Shown one piece after another: positions 1 to 11,731 of a DNA stretch of 64,000 nucleotides. The DNA comes from Rhynchopus sp. YZ270_cl-10 (Eukaryota). The stretch is taken from NCBI GenBank assembly GCA_964035575.1, contig OZ037840.1:310001-374000 (forward strand), read 5' to 3'. The position numbers and the translations under genes are program-made. The notes under the pieces are model-generated. The model had not been told where the DNA came from, did no database searches, and worked only from the letters and a program-made list of their open reading frames with translations. Every line of letters starts with the position of its first letter. The first letter of the stretch is position 1.

Positions 1-204
1 AAATAAAGCAAATATTTCATGTACAAGTTGAAACTTTCGGAGTCCCAAAGAAAAGAAGAAAAAAAATTGTAGAAGATGTTTGTGTCTCTCGTGCACATAG
101 CTTAAGATAAAAGAGCTGAAGAGTTGAAGGCTGTCAAGACTTGCCACACGGTTACCAGATGACCCGGAAAAATAAAATGCATTTCTTTTGCTTGCATGGT
201 TTAC

Positions 205-445
205 CATACTATGGACACGGCGCGAGTCGGGCAGAAAAATACTCCCGAATTAGATTCATATACTTTCAGTTCACAGAATTGAAAGTATTTGAGAGGGTCA
301 ACACATGCACCCTCGAATAAATAAATACCCCGGACTGAGTAGAGGCTGGGTCACTCAGCCTGGACTCAGTTCGGCGAAATATAACTCAGCTTGGGCTCAG
401 CCAAAACTCAGGTTGATTCGGCCCGACTCGGCCATGCATAGTATG
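205..445. mobile_element. MITE of the CATAC-TIR family (6-bp TSD)
   Basis: Left end CATACTATGGACACGGCGCGAGTCGGGC; right end reverse complement CATACTATGCATGGCCGAGTCGGGC; flanks GTTTAC/TTTTAC (5/6); internal ACTCAG repeats. Confidence 0.75.
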
Positions 446-2269
446 TTTTACGATGCACTTCATGCAAAAGAAAAGAAGAATCATTTTACTTAGTTGCTAA
501 TGGCATGTTACTGTTGCTAGCATAGTACCCCAGGTCATATGATCATGCAGGTAAACACACAATAGAACCCACTATACATACTCTCACGAAGAGAGAAAAG
601 ACGGAACAAAAAGGAAATGGGATAACCAAATAGTTCATCACATGTTGGGGCCAAGGGAGGGGGCACGCCACACACATTTTTTTCAAAAAAAAAATTCCTT
701 TGACTATGTACTGCTATAGGAGGAGGCAGCAGTCACGTTTAGCACATCGTAACACACATCTTCAAAATCAGATATCAATGGGGAGAAAAACAAAAAACAA
801 AAACAAAACGTTAGTCAGAGGAGCAAAGCCACTGTACTTCGGTAATCTCAAAAAGAGAGAAAAATATTTTTCGCACAAAAATAAAAATAAAAAAAAAGAG
901 CTCCATTCCTTTATGGTGTCTATCAAGCTTTTGACAACATAGGAAATATGAATAAGGCATCTGCATACAAATAAAAGAGTGTCTAGGACGTACAACTACG
1001 GAAGGTGCGTGTCTGCTAAGCTACGTTATTATTATTTTGTTTTTGGTGCTCCTGATAACCCCATTTTGCGTACTTGTTGCGCACTTTGTGCACGAAAAGA
1101 AAAAAAAATACAGGAATACCCTATATTGCGTACTTGTTGCGTACTTGGTATTTTTTTATTTCAGGATCACCAGTTTTTGTTTTTTTTTTTTTGTTGTGTC
1201 GACGCTCGAGAATATACTCGACTTTCTTCTTTTCTTTTTTTTGTTATCTCCTTATTTTCCTACACACAACAATAAATTGGGGGGGAAAAAACAACAAGCT
1301 CGTAAAGCGACGAAAATCCTTTTTTCTTTTATCATCACTTTCCCCCCTCAGTGCACCCTGAAGTCAGTTGTTCAATTTTCAATTTCAATAATTTGGCTTT
1401 GAGATCTGAATCAGGGATTTCATTTTCACAAAGTCTTTTTCTTTTATTTTCCTTTTATTTTCACCGAAGGTATCTACTGATGATAACGTCCGGTTTGTCA
1501 ATCGCATACAAAAAGAGATAAATAATTCGTACAAACTAAAGAGAGGTTGAAAGTGCAAACGCCTTATCGTACCTTCATCAGACGCAGGCACTGGTATAAA
1601 GTGTTGGTGTATTTTAAAAAAATCAAAAAAAAAAAAACAAAAAAAAAAACATCGCCGGTTTACCAAAGTTATCCCAATATGGACTGCAGTAGGTCAGGCG
1701 CTCCTGTTTCCACCTCACAACACATCAGGGACATTTGGCATATTCAATTCTGTTTTTTTTTCTTTTTCTCTTTGTATCAAAAATATTTTTCGTGAATTTA
1801 GTACCACACCTCCGCAGGGTTCAGCCCCTCACATTATGTATTTTTTTTTAAAAAATGCTCCTTTTCTAGAAGTATTTAGGGGAACACAAAAGAGAAAAGT
1901 AAAAAAATGAACTTAAGCCTCTCTGTGCTTCGTCAACGTTGCAAGAAATGGGGTAAAACAAAACAAAACACACACACGCGCTATTGAAGACTCCCTGCCA
2001 ATCGTTTAACTTTTTTTTTGATAAATTGTTGGGGTAGTGTAGTTGCCTCGGTTGTGTTGCCACAGTTTGTGCAATCTCCACTGTCTTTTTTTTTTTGAAA
2101 ACTTGGTACGAACGTTGTATCAGTGTAGCCACCCGAGAGTGTGCTCCACGATAGTTTTTTCTCGTCGGTGTAGGTAAACAAGCAAATATAACCCCATGGC
2201 AGAGTTTATTTTTCGATCCGGTTTTTCAGGCCTCAAGGGGGGTCGAAAATTTGTCAGTCGAGCCCGGGC

Positions 2270-2640
2270 GCGCTTCGCGCGCCCGGGTCCCCACCTTAGC
2301 TCAAGTTGGGGGCCTCCGGCGGAATGTGAGAATTCCGTGGTTGTCCAACTGCGGAGTTCGGCACTTCCCTGATATTTACACCAGGCAGACGGGGCACACG
2401 AATTATCAGTAACCTCAGTACATTTACAAAAGAAACGGCGGTCATGGCACCCATAGGTTCCTGGCGAAGCCACGGTACGCAACATTTCAAAAATTTGCGC
2501 TTAAAATTACACATTTTTACCGCCAAACTATGTCATGGGAAGGGTGGGTTGCAATCTTGCGCCGCAGGCGCACGGTACGCTACTTTTTGTCTTTTGCCAT
2601 GCTGCATGCTTCCTTTTCCTTCGGCGTTTGACTAATTGAG
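2270..2640 (-). repeat. Dispersed repeat of ~370 bp, inverted copy at ~19035-19360
   Basis: Long collinear similarity including GTACCGTGCGCCTGCGGCGCAAGATTGCAACCCACCC and TTCTCACATTCCGCCGGAGGCCCCCAACTTGAGCT. Confidence 0.8.
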
Positions 2641-3018
2641 TCGCGTTCTGGCTGCACGGAGTCACTTTGTTCACGAGGCACGAGGCTGAATATGGCCCCA
2701 TGAGTGCACATGTGGGTGCATGCCGGGCCACCCCCCCTGGAAATTTTTCGGCCCGGATTTTTTTTTTCTCCACCCCCCCTGGACACGTCTGAAAAACCCC
2801 CCAAGGGGGGTCGAACCCCCCCCCACCCCCCCACAAAAAAATCTCTGCCCCATGGCAAAAAAAAAAAACACCCCCCCTTTCCGAAACGGCACGCAGTTAT
2901 CTTTATCCTCACCCCCTTTAGGTTGGGAAATTCGAATAAGGGCAAACAAACTTTTTTTATGCGTTCGCGTCCTGCCTGCCTAGGTTTTTTTGAGATTTTT
3001 GGGGAAAAAAGTTTTTTT

Positions 3019-3297
3019 GAAAAAAACCTCAGACACGTTCTCGGTGTGTGCAAGAAAGCGGCGCACCTGAGACCACTCCCAACCACGTCATACGGTGCAC
3101 TGATGGAGGATCACGCAGCCGACCTTCTGCGCTACCTCGTAGAGGCGGGATTTATTGACGCAGAGACAGACGACCTTCTCCGACCATCGCAGTAAAAGGG
3201 ATGAGAGGGGAGGACATTTTATCTTTACTTTTTCTATACTTTTTACTTTTCAAGCTAATCAAACAAATGCAAATAAAAAAAAAAAAAAAAAAAAAAA
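3019..3297 (+). mobile_element. 5'-truncated non-LTR retrotransposon (LINE) 3' end
   Basis: Frame EKNLRHVLGVCK...LLRYLVEAGFI...stop at 3195 resembles a LINE ORF2 C-terminus (end of CCHC knuckle); followed by short UTR and poly(A); AAAAAAGTTTTTTT on both sides. Confidence 0.6.
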
Positions 3298-3330
3298 GTT
3301 TTTTTCAATTTTTTTGTGTTGGGGCTGTGT

Positions 3331-3728
3331 CAGGGTGTTTCCTAATTTGCTTCCGCTTCCGGTCTTTGGAAAAAAATTGCCAGGGAAAAAGTTTGCGGAA
3401 AAATTAGGGACGTGTTTAAAGTGCTTTTGTTTTGGTATTTTCCCGAAAAAAGTATGTTGGGTACCGTGCGCCTGCGGCGCTGTCTGTTCCTACCAGTTTC
3501 TACAGGCAAACACTTGGCCCCCTTTACGTTACGCTGACGGGACACTCATTTTGTCCAAAACCAAGAACTTGGCTATTTCGGCAAAGTGACCCCACCACAG
3601 CGCGGACGGATTCCGGAAATGCCAATCGCAGTATGTTTTGGGGCTGCAAACCCACTTTTTTTCCAGGGAAAAAAATTGCTTCCGGATGTCGGAATTTTGA
3701 AAAATTTCCAGAATTAGGAGACACCCTG
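3331..3728. mobile_element. hAT-type MITE (CAGGGTGT TIR)
   Basis: TIR CAGGGTGTTTCCTAATT / AATTAGGAGACACCCTG; 8-bp TSD GGCTGTGT/GGCTGTGA; longer relative at 58943-59573. Confidence 0.9.
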
Positions 3729-3755
3729 GGCTGTGAGTTAACATTCTTCCCTCCC

Positions 3756-3978
3756 TACTGTGTATACTGTGTATACTGTGTATACTGTGTATACTGTGTA
3801 TACTGTGTATACTGTGTATACTGTGTATACTGTGTATACTGTGTATACTGTGTATACTGTGTATACTGTGTATACTGTGTATACTGTGTATACTGTGTAT
3901 ACTGTGTATACTGTGTATACTGTGTATACTGTGTATACTGTGTATACTGTGTATACTGTGTATACTGTGTATACTGTG
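3756..3978. repeat. Tandem repeat (TACTGTGTA)x24 plus partial unit
   Basis: Perfect 9-bp array read directly; explains the YTV/CVY ORFs. Confidence 0.98.
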
Positions 3979-4485
3979 AGGAAATTGATCAAAAACGAGA
4001 ACTTGTCCATTTCAGCAAATTGACCCCACCACTGGACGGACGGATTCCGAAAATGCAAATGCCGGCGTTAAAAGCTTCACCAGCACCACTGTACTGTGGC
4101 CTGTGGCCTGGGTACTCATCCGGGGGAAAAAGTGCTCACCTGCTATTTTATAATATAACTTTAGGTGGTTCCATTTTGGGAAATATGAGAAAATAGTCAA
4201 AACCAGTGTCAACAGGAAAAAAAAAAGAGAAAAAACCGACTCCGGAGGGTCAACTCCCGGGTTCAGCAAGCACATTTTGAAAAAAACTTTTTTTTGAAAC
4301 AAACTTTTTTTTGCCTGCCTGCCAGGGTTTTTCTGGGTACCCTTAGGACGCGAACGCAAACGAAAAATTTGTTTGCCCTAATTCGTATAAGTAATTATAC
4401 AGAATTATACGGTATTCGGCCCCCAGCAGCACCGTATAACACTGTATAATTCTGTATACTACCGTATAATACGGTAATCGTATAA

Positions 4486-6049
4486 GGGCACGGTAATTTT
4501 TTTTCTTGGTAAGCGTCAGAGCCAGGGGTGTCGCTAATTCGGGTCCAGGGTCCCGACTTTTTCAAAACCCAAAAAAAAATTTGCACCCAATACAGGGTGG
4601 GTTTAATGTGTAAACAACTTGTTCTTTTTTTAAGTGAGAGGCCACCGTGAACTCGGTTGTGTCAGAACGTTCCAAAAACGAGGTTTTTGGGGGTCAGGGA
4701 AAATCCCCAGGTGCCGCCCTCACCCCGCGAAGATTTTTTTTTTGGGTGGGATTTCCAGATTTACCTTACCCTGCCTTACCCTTTTTTTTTGCAAACCAGG
4801 GTTTCCTTAGTAAAGGTACCATAGCGTGTTTTTGCGCACACATGTGACCCCACCGTGGAGAGCAATCGGCTCGCGCAATCAAAAGAATGCAGAGAAAAAG
4901 GAAAAGACAAAAAGACAAAAGCTGGGTACCGTGCGCCTGCGGCGCTACCGTTCTCAGTCAAGAACACCACAATTTCATCTGAAGCTGTGTTTTCAGAGTT
5001 GAACATGACCCTTGTTTACGAGAATCGGCAGTCTCGAAAAGTGCACAGGAATAAAAAAATGGTGAAAACTTAAATACTGAAAACTCGTCCATTTTTCCAA
5101 AATGACCCCATCACTTTCTGCAATTGCACCGCATCGGACGATACAATCAACAAAAACGCCCAAAAACGCCTCCCCTTTTTTCGTGATCTGGGAACATGCT
5201 TGCAAGGGTTTCCTTGCTAAAACCAGAGAATCTCATACTTCATAGTAAGGGTACTTTAGCGTATTTTAGCGCACACATGTGACCCCACCGTGGAGAGCAA
5301 TCGGCTCGCACAATCAAAAGAACGCAGAGAAAAGGGAAAAAGAAAAAGACAAAAGTTGGGTACCGTGCGCCTGCGGCGCTACCTACTGTTCTCAGTAGTG
5401 TCAAAAACACCACAATTTCATCTGAATTTGGGTTTTCAGACCTGAAAATGACCCATGTTTAAGAGTATGGGTTCATATTTTGTGAAAATTTAAGTCACTA
5501 AAATTTTGTCCATTTCCGTATATCCCCCACCACAGCCTGGGATTGGCTCGGAAATGCCACAAAACACTGTTTTTTCGCCCCCTGGTGATGGAAAAAAAAT
5601 CCCCACGTAAAAAAAAAAATTTGCACCCCGATTTCAGATTTTTCAAAAATTTCCCCAAAATTAGCGACACCCCTGGTCAGAGCACTTCTCAAAAAAAAGT
5701 ACGCACGCACGCAAAAAAAAATTATGCAGTAAAAAAAATTATGAGTGGTGAAAAAAATTATAGAGGAAAATTACAGTGGGGGGAATACAGGACCAAAAAT
5801 ATTTTCCCACCAATTTTTGCCCACAAAAAATCGGGGGAATTTTTTTTTTGATTTCGGCTCTCAGGAGTCTGTGTGTGCTGTGATGGGGTCAATTTGCGCT
5901 GAAAAATGTACATTTTTTACCTAAAATACATTGTTGAGTTATTGAGGGCCCCCCTTTATAATTTTTTTTCCTGCATAATTTTTTTCCCTGGAATCTCAAA
6001 AAAAAAGTACGCACGCAGACGCTTACCAAAAATAAAAATTACCGTGCCC
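4486..6049. mobile_element. Non-autonomous PIF/Harbinger-type element
   Basis: TIR GGGCACGGTAATTTTT..TTGGTAAGCGTC / GACGCTTACCAA..AAAAATTACCGTGCCC; TAA TSD at 4483-4485 and 6050-6052. Confidence 0.9.
4523..5675. mobile_element. hAT-type non-autonomous element (CAGGGGTGTCGCTAATT TIR)
   Basis: Perfect 17-bp TIR; perfect 8-bp TSD GTCAGAGC; near-identical inverted copy at 28081-29275; internal ~200-bp direct duplication. Confidence 0.95.
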
Positions 6050-6125
6050 TAATACGAATAATACGGTATTCGGTCGTGGCCGCGCACGTATAATACAACC
6101 TAGCCACCTCCCTACCCCCTGCACG

Positions 6126-6400
6126 CACGGTGACCTTGTTACCCTGGTAACGAAGCAAAGCAACAAACCTTTCCTTGTAACTTTTTTGCAACCCTAACTC
6201 AACAATACCAAGCTCGATCTTGGTTCAATTTTATTGTATTTTTGCTTTGCTACACAGCAATGGAAGTCTGCTTGCCACCAGGGGGTAACAAAGTACACTG
6301 TACAGTTATCATGTGACCTTTTTTTTTGCATGAAATGCAAGTAAAAAAAACACAAACAACGTGTTATTTTGCACATGTCACCTGGTACATGGTCACTGTG
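6126..6400. mobile_element. Possible MITE
   Basis: Inverted ends CACGGTGACCTTGTTACC / GGTACATGGTCACTGTG; no clear TSD. Confidence 0.45.
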
Positions 6401-6732
6401 GATACCTTGGACATCGATACCTCACGCTAATGCTGTCATCACAGAGGGAGGGGAAACCGCTCTGTGTCTTCCGTGAAAAATACGTTTATTTATTTTTGAA
6501 AACTTGGTTGTATTAGTCATACATAATAGGTACGTACGTAATACGCGGCAAATACGTAGTAAAAATAATAAAATACGTAGTACGTATTTGCAACATGAAG
6601 GGGTATTTATTTAATAATAATTAATTAATACTACGTAAAATGCGCGTATTTTTAATTAATACTACGTAAGTTGCGCGTATTTTTATTTAATACTACGTAA
6701 ATGCGCGTATTTTTAATAGTTACCACGTATAT

Positions 6733-7823
6733 CATACAATGCAACGAGGCCGGGTACGCCTGAAAATACTCGTATCTGGAAAATATATCTGAGGCGTGCC
6801 TGAGGCGTCACTGAGGCGTGCCTGAGGCGTACTCGGGATTAGTTACGTTTAAGTACGCCTCAGGCACGCCTGAGTGTATATCAACGCATACTTGCGTTTC
6901 AGGCGCCTGGTGTGTATTTTTTCCCCGCAAAAAGGGCCTCTGATGCATTTCCGGAGCGATCTGAAAAAATTCCGGGGTCGGACAATTTTTTTAGCAAAAA
7001 ATGCGTGACTTTAAGTTTGTACCAAAAATCAGGGGAAAGTATACCCGGTTTCATATTTCTGCTGATATATAAAATTATTATGCACAGGTCATCACGTTTC
7101 TAAGGCATGCCATGTATTTCCTCCGCCCCCTGAAATGTGCTGAAATTAACTTTCGGTGTCCTGCTGAGAAAATTGCGGGGTCGCAAGATATTTTTAGTGT
7201 AAAAATATCATGGTTACTGCTTACAGTAAACTGCCTCCTAAAAAGAGGCTTCGCAGAAGATGAGTCATACCTCGGTTATGTATAAAAAAGTCCTTTGGTC
7301 ACCCCATAGTTGTACTAAAAATAGAGCTGTGGTCTGTGGATCAAGGAGGCCTGTGTAAAATTCTGGGATCTCGATGGGATCTCTCTAGTGTTAGAGGGTC
7401 CAGCCTTGTATGAGCCTCTTCCGTCTTGCATCAAGTTGGGCCCCGAAGGGACCCAGTCGAAAAGCACCCCCGAAATTTGTTTCCAATGATTCTTGAATCA
7501 ATGAAATACCCGAAGGTACCACCAAAATATATAGCACCAAAGCTCAGCGAACCCTTTTCATTTTTTCGACTCGCTCGGCCCACAGGCACATTTTTCATCG
7601 TGCGACCCCGCATTTGAAAGATTTTGCTACCTCTGAATCGAAAACCACAAAATTTGGGGGAATACTTTTTTGTTCATGACCAAAATGCTGGTAAGAAATA
7701 TAAATATACTCAGGCGTGCCTGAGGCGTACTTAAACGTAACTAATCCCGAGTACGCCTCAGGCACGCCTGAGTATTTATTTTCAGGCCTTGGCGAGGCCG
7801 ACTCGGCCTCGTTGCATTGTATG
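6733..7823. mobile_element. Nested CATAC-TIR element with 6-bp TSD
   Basis: Perfect 20-bp TIR CATACAATGCAACGAGGCCG; perfect TSD GTATAT at 6727-6732 and 7824-7829; CTGAGGCGTGC subterminal repeats. Confidence 0.92.
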
Positions 7824-8197
7824 GTATATTGACCGTAGTTTTAATTACTCAAATGGTGTTCCGGAGGGGGGCTATGTTGACAGGTCCCTGAGAGGTCATT
7901 GGTATAAGGGGGAGGGGGTACACTTTATAATTTGTGGTAGGGTTTTTGGCCGGGAAAGATGCATCGTCCAAAAACACCGGCATTTGCATTTTTGGAATCC
8001 GTCCGTCCAGTAGTGGGTCACTTTGCAAAATTGGACAGTTCTCGGCACACGTAAATACGTACATACAAAAAAAGCATACAAGTTATAAAATGACACACAC
8101 ACCCCCCCCCCTTTTTTTTTGACATGGCAAAATGGTGCTGTTATCCCCCGCCCGTCCTTCCCACCAATCATCAACGGAACAGATTTGATTTTTAGAT

Positions 8198-9693
8198 ATG
8201 TCTGCGTCTGGGAAGCGTGCGGCGTCGACCTCGCCGGAAGGGCAAAGGGAGAAGAGGGGGAGGCCCAAGGGCAGCAAGAACAAGACCGCCCCCTCCAAGC
8301 CCGCCCCCAAAAACACCGCCAAAAGCACCCCCAAGCACGCACCCAAGCCCGCACCCAAGGCCACACCCAAGGAGACGAACGGCGCCGAGAGTGAGAAAGA
8401 TACAGCGGGGGAGGGGGGGAAGAAGCGGAAGAGGCAGACGAAGGGGGACGGCAAGGCGCTACTCAGTAGCGTCATGGACCAGGCCCCCACTTCGTCTGCC
8501 TCAAAAAAAAAAAAAACCAGAAGACTCCGACGGACATGGAGACCCTGCACAAAGCCTTATTCAGGGACCATTCGCTGAAGGTGGTGAAGGTGGCGACGTT
8601 GCAGAAGTCGCACCGGTCCTCCCTCCTGGATCGCGGCTTCAAGGAGACCGACGAAGTGGTCTTCTGCGAGGCGTGCAACGGGCCCCGGTCCAATTGGGAC
8701 CTGGACAGCCTGAGGCAACACCTGACCGGGATAAAGCACACAGAGCTGCTCGCAAGGCTGATGGAGAAAAAGGGTACGAAGGTGAAGAAGACACACCCCG
8801 AGGACGATGCAGACAAAAATGACGATGAAGCTGAAGACGAAGATGAAGAAGAAAAGGAGGTGCGTGTGACGACAGGCCTTTTTTCCAAAACCGAAAAAAA
8901 CAAGATGTTTGCCCACGCGGCCCTTTATGGGGGGTCAACGAGCGGGCAAGCAAGGCATTTTCGCAATGCAGCTGCAAAGCTCTACGGGGACCCGTCCATC
9001 TCGAAGGGCGCACTGGTTGAAATGCACATCGACAAAATCTTCCAAGAGGACATGGAGGTGGTCCTGGAGGATCTCCAACGAAGTGGCACCATCCAGCTCC
9101 TATTTGACGGTGCGGTGGTGCTTGGTAACCACATCCTTGCGGTCAGCGGCGGATCCACCGGAAAGTGGATCGACACGTTCGTGAACCGAACAACAGGTGT
9201 TCAAGAACACTTTGTTCAAAGTGGTTCGTGTGGGCACGTTGCAGAAGTCTCACAGGGCTTCAACGAGACCGACGATGTGGGCTTTAAAAAAAAAAAAAAA
9301 GACGATGTCGGCTTCATGTCAATTACAATACGGACACGCTTCGAAAAGATGGTGAATGCGATGAAGGTAAATTACAGACCCTCGACACAGTCACTTCTGG
9401 CAAACCTTCAGGAGATGTGGCAAAATCACCTCAATTTCCCTCAGATTCAGGCGGGTCGCTATGTGCATCCGGAGATGGTGAGAACCTTCATGCTGGCAAA
9501 AATAATTTCGGAACGCAGCAGCAAAGCTTTACGGGACCTCCATTTCGAAAGGACCACTGGTCGAGAGAAGTTTTATATACATATCTCGTTGACCAATCGC
9601 AGTAGCTGCCCGATATTGGTGCTGTTGTTGAAGCCAGGCTCTCGTAGGTTTTCGAGTGCAGACGCGACCTGCTCATGCACGACGGTGAAGTAA
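8198..9693 (+). pseudogene. Frameshifted, internally deleted hAT-like transposase (AT-hook, C2H2-type zinc finger, partial DDE core)
   Basis: ORF 8198 (KRGRPKG AT-hook) joins ORF 8536 across an A14 run; CEAC-x14-HLTGIKH zinc finger; IQLLFDG (first catalytic Asp-like), SCGH and RTRF recall hAT motifs; lies inside a TIR/TSD element; 3' end runs into a MITE. Confidence 0.6.
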
Positions 9694-9810
9694 CCCACTT
9701 GTAACCTACTTGTAACGTTACAAGTGGGTTACATGTATGTTACATGTACCACCAAAAACCACTGAACTTCACCTAATTTCAGGCAAAATTAGGTGGTGGT
9801 GCATGTCGTG
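9678..9810. mobile_element. CACGACGGTGAA-type MITE truncating the transposase frame
   Basis: Starts CACGACGGTGAAGT, ends GCATGTCGTG; same terminus at ~24754, 54927-55037 and 55949-56059. Confidence 0.55.
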
Positions 9811-11731
9811 TATGTAACCCACTTGGAACCCACTTGTAACGGTTTAAAACTACCGGTAATTTATAATAATATATCTATTATAATTAATATAAAAATACTT
9901 TATTTACTACGTATTTGGTACGTAAATACTTTATTTACTACGTATTTTGCGCGTATTTTGCGGCTAATCTTGCTACGTACGTAGTATTATTTTTACGTAC
10001 TACGTATTTTATTATTTTAATTAAAAAGCCGCGTATTACGTACGTACCTAATATGTATGATTAGTGTACCCGAGGATGAACTCCACTATTTTTTTTTAAT
10101 AATTTCGGTGTCAGAGGGAAGTAAAAAAACATGGGGGACCTCAGCACATATTTCAAAAAGAGGGGGAAATGTTGAAAAATCAGCATTTTTTGTAAGGACA
10201 GTTACGCATCTCTGTGAAGAAAAACGTAGCGTGTCACGTTTTTTTGTTTGTTTGTTTTTTAAACAATCAACAACACCGCACAAAAGGGGGTGTCGTCAAT
10301 GGCGAACTGCATGAGCGTGGATGTGAGTCTCAAACCAATCGATGGAGGGTATTTGGATTTTTTTTTTCTAAATGAATCCCCCAAGGAATAATTTGGTTTT
10401 AAACAGACAATCGAAAATGAAAGTTTATGAGATGAGCCTAAGCCTCTCGTGCTTAGTCACCTTACACGAAAAGAATGATTTCATACATTCTTTTCTGAAC
10501 GAAAAGAAGGCAAAGAAAGGGTGCGAAAAATGTAAAAAGAAGTATTTTCATCATATATGCAATCAATAAATTGATAGTATATGGTGAGGGATCAACAAAA
10601 ATGGTCCCATCTTTCTTTATGGTGTGTGTTTTGCAAAACGTAGCAAAGAAGAGAAAAAAAAAAAAAAAACAACATAAGATAAGAGCGAGGTAGGTAAGAG
10701 AGTCTTTTTTTTTTCATAATGAGCAAAATCACAAATTACAAAACAAAACAGCGGGGCCGCCACCTAGCAAAGTTCTGTTGATGGTCAACAGAACTTTTTG
10801 AAAACAAAAAAAAAAAAAAAAAACAAAAAAAAAAGTTCTGTTGAGTGGTTCAGACCCGTTCTACTTGTCAAAAAATCTCAGGAGAAGAAGATATGGAGAG
10901 GTGAGTGCTCAAACGTCCCAAAAAAGTTAAAATCGGGTGGTGGAAAAAAAAAAAAGTTGCGTACCGTGCGCCTGCGGCGCAAGCAACTCCCACCACCAAC
11001 GCAGTTCCATTATATGGGAACACTTTTTTTGTAATTGTTGCGTACCGTGGCTTCGCCAGGAACCTTTGGTTACCATGACCGCTGCTTACTGATAAGAAGG
11101 CTGACACCACTACGGCTTGTGGACGGCCACCGTAGAGTACAATGTACAGCCTGGTGAGAGGGAAAGAGCAAATGTCGCTGATTCGGAGGAACTCTGACCG
11201 GGCTTGGGGAACATGCGTCTCTCCGCAGGAGGCCACGAGAAGGTGCTTTGTAGGGGTTTTCGCGCGAAGCGCGAAATTTTTTTTTTTGGACCATCAACAG
11301 AACTTTTTCAAAACCCAAAATCCTGGCGGCGGGGCTGAAACAAAACAAAAAAAAAAAAAAAAAAATTGTTTGAGGGGCAAAAAAAATCCTTTGGTGCGAA
11401 AAGGTGTGGAAAAGGGTAAAAAAAATATGAGAAAAAAAAAAAACGAACGAAACAGAAAGAAGAAAAGAAAAGAAAAGAAAAGAAAAGAAAAGAGCAACTG
11501 ACAGGTGCATTTCCACAGTTTCCGCATTTTTTTCGTATTTTTTTGATGATTTATTGGACACGGATATCGCAATAGTGAAAACGGTTTTTTAAAACAAATA
11601 AAATACAAAAAAATGCTTTTTCAGCCAGACCATTTTTTGGAGGATTGGAGGGACCTCGTTGCAGCAGGAATGGGGGACTCAGCATATCGTAAACAAACGA
11701 CAGCACAACGAAAAAAAAATGTGCAAAAATA

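Larger units (their letters stand above)
2940..4378. mobile_element. Non-autonomous PIF/Harbinger-type element
   Basis: TIR GGGCAAACAAA..TTTGTTTGCCC extending to GCGTTCGCGTCC/GGACGCGAACGC; TAA TSD at 2937-2939 and 4379-4381; empty site visible at ~59955. Confidence 0.9.
2919..6102 (+). mobile_element. Short TAGGTTG..CAACCTA element split by two Harbinger-type insertions
   Basis: Removing 2940-4381 and 4486-6052 restores a sequence nearly identical to the intact copy at 59939-60113; no convincing TSD. Confidence 0.8.
6518..10059 (+). mobile_element. CATAC-TIR DNA transposon with 6-bp TSD carrying a defective transposase
   Basis: TIR CATACATAATAGGTACGTACGTAATACGCGGC vs right-end reverse complement CATACATATTAGGTACGTACGTAATACGCGGC; TSD ATTAGT at 6512-6517 and 10060-10065; empty site GGTTGTATTAGTGTA seen at ~19535 and ~60280; TACGTA-rich subtermini. 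Confidence 0.9.
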
